A stretch of 64,000 nt of DNA from Lama glama (Eukaryota): assembly GCA_028534125.1 (NCBI GenBank), contig CM052817.1, positions 62,808,001 to 62,872,000 on the forward strand, read 5' to 3'. The position numbers were made by a program, and so were the translations under genes. A model generated the notes under the pieces. That model searched no databases and had not been told where the DNA came from. It saw nothing but the letters and a program-made list of their open reading frames with translations. Shown here piece after piece: positions 12,890 through 26,434 of the stretch (position 1 is its first letter; every line of letters begins with the position of its first letter).

Positions 12890-14835
12890 TTTTTTTTTTT
12901 CTTTTAGTTTTTTTGGGATATAATGGACATATAGCCCTGTATAAGTTTAAGGTGTACAGCATAATGATTTGACTTTCATACGACATGAAATGATGGCCAC
13001 AAGTTTAATGACCGTCCATCATCTCATACAGATACAAAAGAAATGAAAAAGAAGAAATAGTTTTTCCTTTTGATGAGAATTCTTAGGAGTTCTCTCTCCT
13101 AACAACTTTCATATATAACAGCCAGCATCGCTAATTATGTTAATCATGTTGTACATTACATCCCTAGTACTTATTTATCTCATAACTGGAAGCTTATACC
13201 TTTCAACACACTTTATCCAGTTCCCCTTACTCTCAGCCCTGGCCTCTGGTAATCACAAATCTGATCTCTTTTTCTACAAGTTTTTGTTTTTTGAAGTATA
13301 ATTGACCTACAACACTATGTTAGTTCCTGTTACACGACATACTGATTCGGTATTTCTGTACATTTCAAAATGATCTCCATGATAAGTTTAGTTATGATAT
13401 GTCACCATATGAAGATACTAACTTGCTATTGACTATATTCCCCACACTGTACATTTCATACCTCTGACTCATTTATTTTGTAACTGGAAGTATATATCTC
13501 TTAATTTCCCTCACCTATTTTCTTTCCCCTCCCCATCCTTCCTCCCTTCTGGCAAACATCTGTTTGTTCTCCCTGTAACACTGATTCTGTTTTGTTACAT
13601 TTTGTTTGTTTGTTTTTTAGATCTCAGTAATAAGTGAAATCATAGGGTATTTGTCTTTTTCTGTCCAACATATTTCATTTAGCAGGCCCACTCATTTTGT
13701 TGCAAATGGCAAGATTTCATTCTTTTTTATGCCTGAGTAATATTCTAGTTTATATATTATATAAAATGTATTTTTCACATCTTCTTTATCTGTAATATGG
13801 TTATTGTAAATAATACTGCAATGAACATAGAGGTGCATATAATTTAGTGCTCTCTTTTTTTTTTTTTTCAGAAAAATATCCAGAAGTGGAAATGCTGGAT
13901 CACATGGTAGCTTTATTTTTAATTTTTAGAGGAATCTCCATACTGTTTTCCATACTGACAGCACCGATTTACATTCCAATCAACAATGCACAAGGGTTCC
14001 TTTTTCTTTGCATCCTTACCAACACTTACTTGCTGTCTTTTTGATAATAGCCATTCTGACAGGTGTGAGATGTTGTCTCATGTGGTCTGACTTGCGTTTC
14101 CTTGATTAGAGATATTGAGCACCTTTTCATGTGCCTGTTGGCTATCTGTGTGACCTTAGAAAAACATATATTAAGGTCTTTTAAAAATTGGATTGTTTGC
14201 TTTTTTTATGTTGAGTTCTTTGTATATTTTGGATATTAACCCCACATTTATATCAATTGCAAATATCTTCTCCCATTCAGTAAATTAACTTTTGTTTTGT
14301 TGATAATTTCTTTTGCTGTGCAAAAAGCTTTTGTTTTATATAGTCTTGTTGTTTATTTTTGCTTTTTATTCCATTGCCTGAGGAAACATATCCAAACAAA
14401 TATTGCTAAGACTGATGTCAAAGAATGTACTGCCTGTGTTTTTTTTCTAGGAATTTTATGGTTTAAGGGCCTACATTTATGTCTTCAATTTGTTTTAAGT
14501 TTATTTTTGTATGTAGTGTGAGAAAGTAGTTCACTTTGATTACTTTGCATGTAGTTGTTCAGTTTTCCCAAAACCATTCATCAAAGATGCTGTCTTTTCC
14601 CTCTGCATATTCTTGTTTCACTTTTCATAAATCATATAAATGCACATTCATTTCTGGGCTCTCTATTATGTTTCATTGATCTATGTGTCTGTTTTGTATC
14701 AGTACCATACTGTTTTAATTACTGTAGTTTTGTAATATAATTCAAAATAGGGGCTTGTGATACCTTCAGCTTTGTTCTTTCTCAATATTATTTTGGCTAT
14801 TTAGGACCTTTTGTGTTTTCACAGAAAATTTAAAA
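12890..14835 (-). mobile_element. 5'-truncated L1 with composite double 3' UTR
   Basis: Poly-T, L1MA9-type 3' UTR (to ~13280), a second L1 3' UTR (gaagtataattgacctacaacact...), then antisense ORF2; ORFs 13847, 14297 and 14555 are antisense-ORF2 reads. Confidence 0.92.
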
Positions 14836-14959
14836 TTATTATACAGATTTTAAAGAAAAGAAGTTGTGCATTTTCCCTCCCTCCTCTTTCCTGCACTTGG
14901 TTCCATAGTTTGATATCCAACTATTTTTCACCTTGGAAGGAAAAATAAATAAAAAATAG

Positions 14960-15115
14960 TTGTTAAGGCTCTGAAACCAAGTCTCCAAAGTTGTATTAAG
15001 GAAATATATGAGCTTGAGCAATTCACTTTTGCTTCCATTGTCTTGATTTTCTCTACTATACAAAGAAAATAACATCACCTATATCCTAGGATTTTAATAT
15101 ATTTTAAATGTGCTA
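14960..15115 (+). mobile_element. MIR fragment
   Basis: tgagcttgagcaattcact...ttttctctactatacaaagaaaataacatcacctat resembles the MIR core. Confidence 0.45.
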
Positions 15116-15974
15116 TTTGAAGCAAACTTTCTAGAACAATCTTTGAAATATATAAAGATATCAATAAATATTCAATGCTTTTTTATAGTAGAGACACCTC
15201 TTTAAATTCAACTTGCTCCTTTCTGTCCCCTGCTTGAAATTTTGAGATTCTTGTGGTAAAGAAATTCTAAGAGTAGAGTCAGATCTCAAGATGTCATTTA
15301 AGACACACACCCACAAGTGCCCCCCCCATACACACACACACATAGATTTGTGGATGGACGTATATATATATGCAAACAGAACTTAATACACCCAACTATA
15401 GGACAAATCTATGAACAACAATCTATGTTTTCACAATTGTTTCTCTTTAAATGTGATAACTATTGTATTGCTTCTCTTAGAGAAAAGAATTGTAATCATA
15501 TTAAAAAGGAAGAATACATATGCCCATATGTAAAGATTATCTACTTTACTAAAAATTATATTCTTAAACTAAGAGTTGTTAATAATAAACTTAAATCCTT
15601 CTTTTCCCAAGGAGTAAAATATTGTAACAGTATTCTCTAAAAATTCTTCTTATCTATATATATGTGAAGAAGTAAAATCCTGGTCTATTTAATGATAGTT
15701 GTAACAACAGGTAAAGGTTGAGTCTTCAAGAATAAACCGTAATAAAAGATCAGCTAGAGAAAGAATCAGACACAGGTACCTAGTGACAAACAGAAACATC
15801 CATAAATCACATCTGTACACTAAGTAGGCAAATTAGAGAAAGCTGCATGAATGACAAGCAAGAAACACTCCAGAAGCAGACTTCAATACTGCTCAGAGAC
15901 TGCAAACTTACAAGGAAGCTGTCCTCATGGTTTGTCTGAATGTGAGTCCCCAGGTGTTCCTATTCTTTTTACAT

Positions 15975-16300
15975 TTTTAGGCCTTTACTCTGGGTTTTCT
16001 CTATAAATAGAAAGCCCTTCCCTGAATGACCCAAATTCTTCCCTTCATCCAGACCAAAACTTCTGCTAAAACTGTCATAATATTTAACTCTTGCTGATTC
16101 TGACCTCCCCGATAATAGATTGACTATGCCAATTATGCACATCCCTTTCTCTTTTGTACTTTCTTGTATCTATGGCTTGTTCCCTTATGAATGCTGCAAA
16201 ATTAAGAACTGTATGCAATTTGTGTATCTTCAAATGCACAATGCTTTGTGTATAATACTCAAAAATATTATGGAGGGAATAAAAACAAAATAAGTGAATA
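15975..16300 (+). mobile_element. L2 3' fragment
   Basis: Pyrimidine-rich L2-like tract ending gcacaatgctttgtgtataatactcaaaaatatt...gaat. Confidence 0.4.
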
Positions 16301-16669
16301 TGGACTATATATTAGCAATATTCAACATATACTATCACTACTAAGGAAGCATGTCAGACTATCCACCATTATAGAAATTACTACGTGGAAATGGGTCCAA
16401 AGAGGTTAAATATGTTGATTAAATACATTAGCAAAACAAGAATTCAAATTAAGACCCATTTTCTGAAACTTCCTGCTCCGTTGAGTAGATTTAATGCTGG
16501 CTAAGCAAGTTTGCCCTGAAAGGACAGATTAATTGATTAATATCAATTTAGATAAGTTTCTCCAGTAAAATAATGCAGACTCTGCCCCCAGCCTTTTGAT
16601 CTTTTATTTTATTTTAGTGAAGAGATGAATTACAACTGAGAAAGTAAGCTTGTAAAAGTTTTACGTGGC

Positions 16670-17510
16670 ACAAAACTGCTGTTTCTTGCCTCGTTGCCTT
16701 TGTGTGTGCTACTCATTCTGTTTAGAATGTAATTCTTTCCCTTGTATGTCTGATAAATACTTATGCATTACTCAAAATTAAACTCCAAAGTCAATTCTTC
16801 TGAAAGACCATCCCTATATGCCTTCACTAATCATCCCAAGAGAAAGACATCTCATGTTCTCATTTGAGTTACCACTGCACCTGTGACACACCTGGTTTCC
16901 AAGGCCCCCAAACTTGGTAACTTCCCAGACTCCTGTATTCCCACCTGCCCGCTTCATTCACCATGATCCAACCCAGCCCATTTTGTTTTTAAAGTTTCAC
17001 AATTCTGAGCCTATTCCCAGCTCAGTGCTCTATTTCAGACTGTTCTATTTACCTGGAATACTCCTCAGTACCCTTACCTTCCCTTACCTAACTAATTCTA
17101 TTCTGGTCTCAGTATAAATGGTACTTTCTCAGAGAACCTTTTCTAACCTCCCAAACCAAGTCAAGTCCCTTCTGTTACTCACTTTCATGGCCTGCTGTGT
17201 TCTCTTTCATAGAATATTTAAATGCTTGTAATTATTTTTGTATTTCTATTTGTTCAATGTTTGTCTTTTCCATGGAGAATAAAATCCAAGGGGCTAAGAC
17301 TACATCTGTTTTGCTTGTCAAACCACGAGTGAGAAATATTTATTGTACACTTTCCTTATGCCAGTGTTAACTGTTTATTTACTGATTAGCTGCATCCACT
17401 ATAAGTCTGAACTGGGAGGGGATTTCAATTCATTGCTATCATTCTTGAGATGGATCTAGTACTTATATAAGCATATGAGATCTACTCAGAAATTGATTAT
17501 TACCTGGATA
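16670..17510 (+). mobile_element. Cluster of L2 3' fragments
   Basis: gcctttgtgtgtgctactcattctg; ctgttctatttacctggaatactc; tttctcagagaaccttttctaacc; gtttgtcttttccatggagaataaaatcc. Confidence 0.65.
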
Positions 17511-17535
17511 AAATAAGCAACTATTAATAAAGAAC

Positions 17536-18392
17536 TGTATTAAGCAAAATAATTGCTCCCCAAAGATATCCATGTCTTAATAAAGTCTTAATCTCTGGAA
17601 CCTGTGACTATTACATTACTTGAGGAAAGGATTATGTTTAAAGACTTTAGAGCTGGTGACATTATTTGGATTTTCCTGGTGGAGTCATTCTAATAACCGG
17701 AGTCCTTAGCAGCAGAGGCCCTTTCCCAGCTGTGGTCAGTGAGATGAGACCTTGGAAGAAGAGTCAGAGAGATGCAATGTTCTGCCTTTGGAAATAGAAG
17801 CAAGTGTTAAAGGATGAACTGAAGAACTTTAAAACTTTCAAATTTTCATTTACGCATATTTTGACTTGAATCAGGCAATGCCAACCAGAAAGTGGTTAGG
17901 CACACCTGACAAGCAAGGACCTAGCGGAAAGGTTTTTATACAGAAGACAGTAAGCAAAGCAAAAAAGTTACTTGATTGGCTATCCCTTAAGTGGTTGCCT
18001 AATTTGGTAAAGCTTAGTTGGCTGTTTGTGATTGAGTGTTCATAAATGTCATTTTCTCGGATTTGAGTACATTGACTGTAGCTTAGGTTTGGGGTTGCTT
18101 ATGTAGCTACCACAGCATTAGAGCCCCTAGTCTAACAGCCTCATTGTTTGCTTTAACAGGGACCATGAACAAAGGAATGAGGGTGGCCTCTAGAATCCAG
18201 AAAATGCAAGGAAATGTATTCTCCTGAGGGTTTCTAGAGAAAGAATACAGCCCCGCAAGTGCCTTAATTTTATCTCAGTGAGACCCAGGTTCAACTCTCA
18301 CCTACAAAGCCATAAAATATTTTTTTCTGTTACTTTAAGCCATTAAATGTATGAGACTCAAGTTGCTACAGTAGTAAAACAAAAACAATATA
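17536..18392 (+). mobile_element. MaLR solo LTR (MLT1D-like), interrupted by a nested LTR
   Basis: aataattgctccccaaagatatccatgtc...tctctggaacctgtga; ggtggcctctagaa...gcaaggaaatgtattctcc; cagtgagaccc; tttaagcca...ttgctacagtagtaa. Confidence 0.85.
17805..18158 (-). mobile_element. Nested solo LTR (ERV1/MER4-group-like)
   Basis: Perfect inverted termini TGTTAAAG...CTTTAACA; reverse TATA (tttttata) and CCAAT (attgg) boxes; interrupts an otherwise colinear MLT1D. Confidence 0.75.
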
Positions 18393-18439
18393 GGCATGTA
18401 TACTATATATGTAAGGTGACAGAATCCAGGTATAGAAGA

Positions 18440-20125
18440 TTTCAATTGTTTGGAAAAATGGGTTGAAATGAAGAGTTCAATTGACTGTAGATCAATATGA
18501 AAGCTTATATTTAACATACAGATTTAACTGGATCAGAGATACCTGACTTGGCAGTGACTCATGTACAAAAGACCCCAGGTTTCTTACTTGACTGATATAT
18601 TACTAGTGAAAAAATAGCCCAAATCAAAAACTTCATGTCCAGAGAGAGAAACTGGTGAGATTTATAAGACAAAAGAAGATGTAATTCCAAACTAATACAA
18701 TTTTTCCAAACTAGTTTTATGAAGCTAGAAGACCCTAATATCAGACTTTTCAAGGACAATACACACAATCACAATGAAAATTATACAACTCTATTCACAA
18801 ATATAGTTATGAATATTTTGAAGGAAACATTAGCTATAATTAGCAATATATATTCATAGAAGTTAGTTTAACATATTACATATAACATTTACATATTATA
18901 TGGTATTTTAACATATTAAAAGAGAAAATATAACATTAAAAGGGAGTATTTTAATAAGCATCTCAATAGATTCACAAAGAAGCTTTTAATAAATTTTAAA
19001 ATGCATTCATGTTAATGTTTATGTAAAATTTTAGTCAAGTAGAAATATAGGGGAACTTCTTAAAGCTGGTAATTTATAGTTAGAAAAATTCTACAGTAAA
19101 CAATTTATTTAGTGGGGATACTTAAATGTTTCCCTTTGGAATCTGTAAAAATAAGAAAACCTATTACCAGCACTGGTATTCAACATTGCTGGAAAACAAA
19201 TAAGAGATTTGAATGCCAATTTCATAAAAGAGGACATCAAAATGACCAATAAACATATAAAATGTTGCTCCAGCAATATGAAATTTTGTTGTCAGAAAAA
19301 TGTAAATTAAAACCACAATGAGATTTCAAAACAATGGGAAAACTGAAAATCTGAAGATACCAAGTGTAGTACAAGGATGTACGGTGTCACACATTTTCAT
19401 ATACTACTCTGTAAATGAATATAAATATATTAGAAAACATAAGGCATTACTTGCTCATTTGAATTATTCATAACACATAACCAAGCAATTCAAACCTCAA
19501 CAGATACAAGTGGCTAAGTATTTGTAGATCACTGATATGTATGCCCCAAAGTCTACAACAATAAAGTGAATAACTGGTCATATGTTTATGCTGAACACCA
19601 CTGAAATGAAACAAAATAAAATAAACCAGAACTGCACACAATTAGGATGAACTTTATCTACATAGTATTGAATGAATTATACATAACAAGAGAAAACATA
19701 GTTTGATTCCATGTGTATAAATTCAAAACAGGCAAAATTAAATATTAATTTTAGAGATTCCTATATCAGTGGAAAATAAAATACAAAGAAAAGCAAGGAG
19801 TAAAAGTTAGGTTATCTGACTATATATATATATATATACACAAATATATATACACACATTGCTATATTATCTATATCTATAAATACATATTATATATAGT
19901 ATTTTTAATCTGACTTTTGATCTGTTTATCTATCCATCTATCTAAAATAGCAATTATCTCAGAGGGAAAAAAAGATTCAGAATTAATACTGGCTAAAGGG
20001 ACCTCTAGAGTATTAATAACATGGTGGTTTTTGACCCGGGTAGTAGGGGAACAGGTACACAGGTACGTGTCATTTGCATGCAAATTTCTGAATTTGTATT
20101 ATTCCAAAAAGGTAAAAAAACTTTA
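18440..20125 (+). mobile_element. Ancient fragmented L1 (L1ME/L1MD-like)
   Basis: Degenerate ORF2 (tctcaatagattcacaaagaagctttt; cactggtattcaacattg; aaattaaaaccacaatgagat) plus an old 3' UTR; interrupted by a TA repeat. Confidence 0.7.
19822..19900. repeat. (TA)n-rich simple repeat
   Basis: tatatatatatatatatacac...tatatatag seen directly. Confidence 0.8.
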
Positions 20126-20764
20126 AAGTTTATATAATTAAAGGTAAGGTAAAATAGAAGGTTTTATATAAAAAACAATTTTATACAGTTCTTACTGTGA
20201 AATTATATTTAAATTACTTTGCATAAATTATTTTTAGATAATCTACTTACTTTGATCAACTTGGACACTTAAAATTCCTTACATGTAAAAGGAAAATAGA
20301 CATATTGGGAAGAGGGCCAAATTTATGAAAACAAAACTGGTAATACTTGTGCCACCGCTCATCACAAACCAGACTTTTTTTTCTGTTCCCAGTATGTCTA
20401 TGACCCACTGACCATCCCCTACTCCACACAGCTTTGTATTTTTCTTTTTTGTGTGCATCCAAATGTTACAGAGAGAAGTCAAGGAATACAGATTAACAAA
20501 TTGCACTTCAAAATCCTATATAGAAAATCAGATCAGATGTGCACCAACTGTGCTGCTTCGCCAGGGATGGTACATCTTACTGTATGGAGCTGCACATCTC
20601 CACCTCCTTCTCCCCCCACCCCCACACCAGAAACTTGCTTTTATCTTTTTGCCTTATTTCTTCCTCAGACATCCTAGAGGTGTGGTGAAATGGTAAGAGA
20701 AAAGGGTAGAGTCTAAAATCATTGTTGCTTCAGCTATTTTAAATAGTGGGAGAGAAGATTGTAA

Positions 20765-21010
20765 CATAACTAACTTCCATTGAGTCCTTATAGTGTAAGA
20801 GGTACTGATCTAAGGGCCATTTGTGTATTAACTCATTTAATACTCTTCATAATTTTCTGAGTTATATTATGACGCTAAGTTTACAGATGATAAAGCAAAA
20901 GCACAAACTGTTTATAGATATCTGGCCCTAAATTACACAGCTAGTAAATAATAAAACTGGAAATCAAATTTAGGCAGTCTGGATCCAGGCAATCCATTCT
21001 CAATAATACT
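20765..21010 (-). mobile_element. Near full-length MIR SINE
   Basis: attgagtccttatagtg..aggtactg; attaactcatttaat; tttacagatgataaagcaaaagcaca; cacagctagtaaat; aggcagtctggatccag. Confidence 0.85.
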
Positions 21011-24000
21011 TCCTCTTAATTATTAAAATCATCAAAAAAATTTTCTAGCTTTGTCATACTTTATAATAATGTCATTTGTAATGCATATTTAAACCAAAAG
21101 GAAGTTAATGGTGAACTTAACCATGGTTATTATGTTTTTCTTTTCTTTCTCCTTTTTTATTTTTTCAAAATAATCAAAATATTATAACATTCAGTAAGTT
21201 ATAAGTCATTCTGTGATTCTTCTCAAATACTGTTTTACTTACTTTTTAATAACAATGATATATTTTGGTTTGTTTTTGTTTAAGCCCAGAGTGTATAGTA
21301 ATGTACTTTAGCCTATCATCTTCTGATAACCAGACTTATGTAATGATAGATTTTGTTGGTCAAATATGATTTTTTAGTACTCCTATGTTAGTCACTGACA
21401 CAAAACCAAGTATTACTAAATCTCTTTGCTGGAACTGAGTAATATGCAATACCCCCATGGTCTTAAAGTGAAGTGTGGCTATATGACTTGCTTTTTCCAG
21501 TGTGTGTCACCTCCTGGCAGAGATTTATAAGCCAGTATTATTCACCAAGTTTTCTTCTCTTTACCAAAGTGAAGGTTTCAGTTGATGGATGCTTTGTGTG
21601 CATGGGTCCAAGATTAAGGACAACATGCAGCAGGGCCCCAGACAACCCTGATGAACATAGGACATGGAAAAGAAATGAATTTTTGCTGAGAATTTTGCAT
21701 TGTTTGTTATCACAGCATAACCTAGATTATCCTGACAAATATACGCTCTATTATTGAAACAGATAAATACATGATTCTCAAAACAAAATATTTGCTTTTA
21801 CAAAGGTACTTTCTTAGTAATATTCTGTCTCTGAACATACGTATTATGTTGTTTTACTAACTTTCAGATAATAAAATAACTTTTTGGATTTATAGAATAT
21901 GGTTTATAATATAAAATCATACACAGTAACTTAGTGTTTGCTTGTAGAGCAAGGAGCAAACAACCCATATAAATTGTTTAAATAGTTTAATGACAATAAA
22001 AATAATCCTTATTTTATATTATTTCTGTACTTTAATTTTGTAATGCAGTACTGATGCCACATTGACTTGTTATATAGAAAGATACAATTTAGAAATTTCC
22101 ATTGGTTTTTCCTCTTTACTTGTCTATCTTCTTCTTTTTTACACCAAGGTAGTTTTTTTCCTGAAACAGCTTTGTTTTGTGGTGTCTTCTGTCCAGCTTA
22201 AGGGATTTGAGATTAAAAACTGATGTTTAAAAAACATTTTCATACATTTTTTAAACCCAGTATTAATGTTAATTGCTTTTATAATAACAGTACTTTACTA
22301 TCATTATTGCTGTCATTTGTTGAAGAAGTAAAGCTCAGAGAAATCACTTACTCAGGAGACAGTAGTTCACAGATGACAAAATTCAAAGTAGTTCAACTTG
22401 TCCATGCCTGAACAAGTAAAAAAACTGAGCTTTCATTTATTAAAAAAATGTATCAGATCATTCTTTAAAACATTGGGTAATCATTGTATTACAAATGCTT
22501 TTTGTTCTTGGCGGGAAACTTGTCTCTAAGCGGAAGCTCATTCAAGTAGAATTCAAATTTGCATATTCCAATGCATTGCAGCAATTTCTACTTCACTGTA
22601 ACTGAAAAACCACTATATCTCTAGTTTCTATAAGTGGATCTTACAGAATATGCATAATGTTATTGTCATGAAGTTATACAATATGCAATATTATTCTACT
22701 CACAACACATTAAGATCAGCTACGCTAGTCATTTGTCAGGTAAAATATGACACTGCCCAGTGGTCACTGTTTCAAAGCCTATAACAGAAAATCATATAGA
22801 TATTTTAACATATAAGCAGAAAAGAAATGGATCTATAGCTCAGCATAACAGTTTTACTCTAGAGTTTCTCAGTGTTTATATTTGGGATATTATACAAAGA
22901 ATGGATAGCGATTTATTTATATGCATCCTCAGTTTTCTATCCATATCCTTTTTCTAACTAAGCTTGTAATTGACATTGTGACTCTGTCTGAATTCAATAC
23001 TTTCTAATGACTTTAGTAATGGCATCATATTCATTCTTGCATAGGCACTGGGCTTGGATAAGTACTGAAGTCACTAAGTATAAGAATGAAATTGGGGTTG
23101 AAAAAGAGACCTAGAATTTCCATTAAAAGAACTATTATCAGATGACTTCAAAAGTTGGAAGTTCCCAGAAGCATCAACATGGCATAGGAAGAAGGGTGTG
23201 CTTTAGCACTGATTTGTAGTAATAATTATTATAATTCTGGTTAAATATGAATCAGTAAGAAATTTTTCTTCAGTTCAGAGAAGGATAACAAATATTGAAA
23301 GCGTATCTACCAGGCATTTTACATAGATAATTATTTTTCAATGGTTCTCTAGAGTAATTTTAACTACATATAAGTGTTATGAAATTTATCTGTAAAAAGT
23401 GATAAATTTTGCTAAATAATCTTCTCAGTTTTAATTTAAGTATAACATTCAAGAAACAGTAATTTGACTGCTACTTGGTGAGTTTCACATGAATCTCAAA
23501 TATTTGACATACAATTCAATCAAATCTTTTTAATCTGAATTTCCATGTAGAAAGTATGTGGGATAGGCTTCAATAACATTACAATAAAAGATGGATATAA
23601 GTAAAGTACACTTATTTGAACATACAGACTTATAAGTGCTTATTGCTGTGTTTGTTTCCTGCCATGCTCCACAGTTGGATCTCTTAAAAAGCTTAACACC
23701 AGAATCTTAGATTATCTGTGTAACAATTTAATGAAAACTCCAAGATTTTCAGAGATAAATGACATGAAATTCATACTTATTTCTTTAAGTACAAATTAAT
23801 TCAATTTTTATTCAATGATATGAAATACAATAGAATTCATATTATATATGTATAAGTACATGCATAAATGTTATAAATACTGTCAGATTATTTTTAAAAC
23901 TCAACAATGAGGTCCAAAAATGATAAAAGGAAAACTTATTACTAATAAGTAGCAATTATGCTGCTGAAACACTGAGATGAACATCCTGTATTTATTGCTC

Positions 24001-26349
24001 TTCTATCCTCCTACTAAGTTTTGCCAATTAGATACAGAAGGTCATAGGAAGACTCAAAGCACATTTGCAGGGGTAATTGTACTGAAAGCAATTCAATTAT
24101 GTTTAAATGCTTCCGTAATATTATCATTCATATGGAAACCTCTGCTACACCAGCTTCATTTAGGAGACAGAGCAGATGCTGCTTTCTATTTACCTACTTC
24201 CCCTCATTCTACTAAGTCTGGATTGTGGTCCAGTCAGGATATTATTTGGTACAGACTAGCCCAGTACCAGTCTCCTCAAGTTAAACTCATTGGCTATATA
24301 TAGATGTCTAGGCTTAATGGATAAGGGATTGGGGAACGATGAGCTATTTCAAGTATTTTCTACATTGTCAACGTAAGATGAATAATTTTATGCCTGTATT
24401 ACACAATTTTAGCTCCCTCCAAATATCTCTTTATGAGGAATAATATCTGGCAAGTTGTTATGATTTTTTAAGTTTATTGCAGAAAATGATCCTATTCTAG
24501 ACTTTCTTGATTCTTTTATCTGAGTGTCATGTCCTCTAACTTATAAAAAGAGTCATAAGTAAGTAACTATTGTTTAGAAAACTGTTCTTATTCTAAAATA
24601 ATTTCAATTGCAAGAAAAAATTATTTTTTTCTTTAAGTGATAAAAATACAATTTAGATATTTTACTCTTCTTGTATTCTTGTCAGATTCAATCATAGGGA
24701 AATATTTGCCTTTATTTCTGCTGAGACATGACAAAATATAAACATTCACTAAGGATATGGATGGTTGAAAAACAGAAAAAAATAGATTATGCTAAATTTT
24801 GTCTGAATTTGTAGACTTCAAGTGATTTACACCATTATATCTTTGCCCATATAACTTTCACTTTCAAGCAGCATATTGAATTCTATTTACTATAATGCAC
24901 AGGATGTAGTTGAGTGTAACATATAAATACATAATTTTATTACTGATGAAACTGCTGGTGATATAATGTTGAAAAATATACCAAATCCTAATTTCTCAAA
25001 ATCAAAGTTTTTAACATCCTTTCTCTTTAGCTTTGGATTAATGACTTAACATAGCCCTCAGATAAACTCTATGAATGGTTGCCACTGCTCTACATGGTGA
25101 AGCCATATGCATTCTGCAAAATGTTGATGATATGACTTTACATCATGATCTAGTAGCTGGCACTTGCTGTCACATGGAATGACTTAGTAACAAATACTCT
25201 ACAGCTAAAATCAGTTTTTGGCACAAGTTCTCCAGTGTCTAATTGGCTCATATCCAACAACTGTATCCAGCATGCTACCATGTTTAGTTACCTCAGGGTA
25301 TATTTTATAAGTAACTTAGTTTCTAATTGTTCACCAAGAAGTCAAATTGCTTAAAATGCAATGTTTATAGGCCGTGGTGAGTGATTGATAATATTGCTAT
25401 GAAAATGGTTCAGGGAAAAATTATTGAGGTCATCTAGTGTGGTCAAAGGTTTTAAGTCATCAATCACTTATTTATTTTTATGTTGAAGTAGATACAGAAT
25501 TATTTGCCAAGGAAACACCAGGTCTTGAATATTTTCTCTTGCTATCCTCATGCAAGTACGGGCTGGCCCTTTAGACTAAATTTCATGCTTTGAAATCGAA
25601 TTTTCTTTTCAAATATCAACCACCGTTAACTGATTATAAGACACATGGGCCTGTCTTTAATCAATGGAATGACTACTGAGTCTATGATTTCCACAGACTA
25701 TAATCTCATACTCTTTGTTCCTCAATATCAAAAAAATAAATAAAAATGAAACAAAAAACTATGGTTGCTATTAATGAGGTTGCTTTTGGAAGATGTGTTG
25801 AATAAATTATCACCTTTTATGTTGAGAATAGTACTTTTAGAGAAAGCCAGTGTCTCTGAGAATTGCATCTAGATTTCAATGCTTCAGCTTCTTGACCAAT
25901 TGCTTTTATTGGACTTTCCTGTGGCATCATGTGTTCAGCTTAGACTGAAGAATGCTGTAGGAGCTATCATATGAAGTTTGCCTTTATAATAATTTTATGG
26001 ATTTTTAAAGGACGATGTCCATTATATCACACAGTGTTCTCTTCAAGAGGCATCAGTGAAAACTATCTAGACTTTAATTTTAAAAAATCAGAAAGATTAT
26101 TTTTGTTTTATGTTTACTCTGAATCTTAAGATTATGTTTCTCCCTTCACTTTAGTTTCTGAGAATCTTAGAGTTCAATCTTTACCTGGAACAACATATTA
26201 AGAGTTTCTGCTATTTTACCTGAGTACTAACATTAATCACATTTTTCTTCAAATTATCACTTTTGTCTGTAACTTATCAGAGTTCCCTCTTATCGACATC
26301 CTTCCATTTTTCTCAATTCACTTTATTAATTTACTTTAAAAAAGAATTA

Positions 26350-26427
26350 AGACATTATTTATTTACAGCAGCTTTATATTCACCTTAAAACTGAGGGAAA
26401 GTTAGAGATTTCCTTTATAGCCCCTGA
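26350..26427 (-). mobile_element. Very short L1MC1/2-like 3'-end fragment
   Basis: tttatttacagcagctttatattcac..aaaactgagggaaagttagagatttcc is the antisense L1MC extreme 3' end. Confidence 0.6.
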
Positions 26428-26434
26428 TTACACA

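Noticed and set aside
21850..21870. TACTAAC followed by tttcAG (branch point plus acceptor)
   Set aside because: The branch point is too close to the AG and the downstream sequence is AT-rich with no credible exon.
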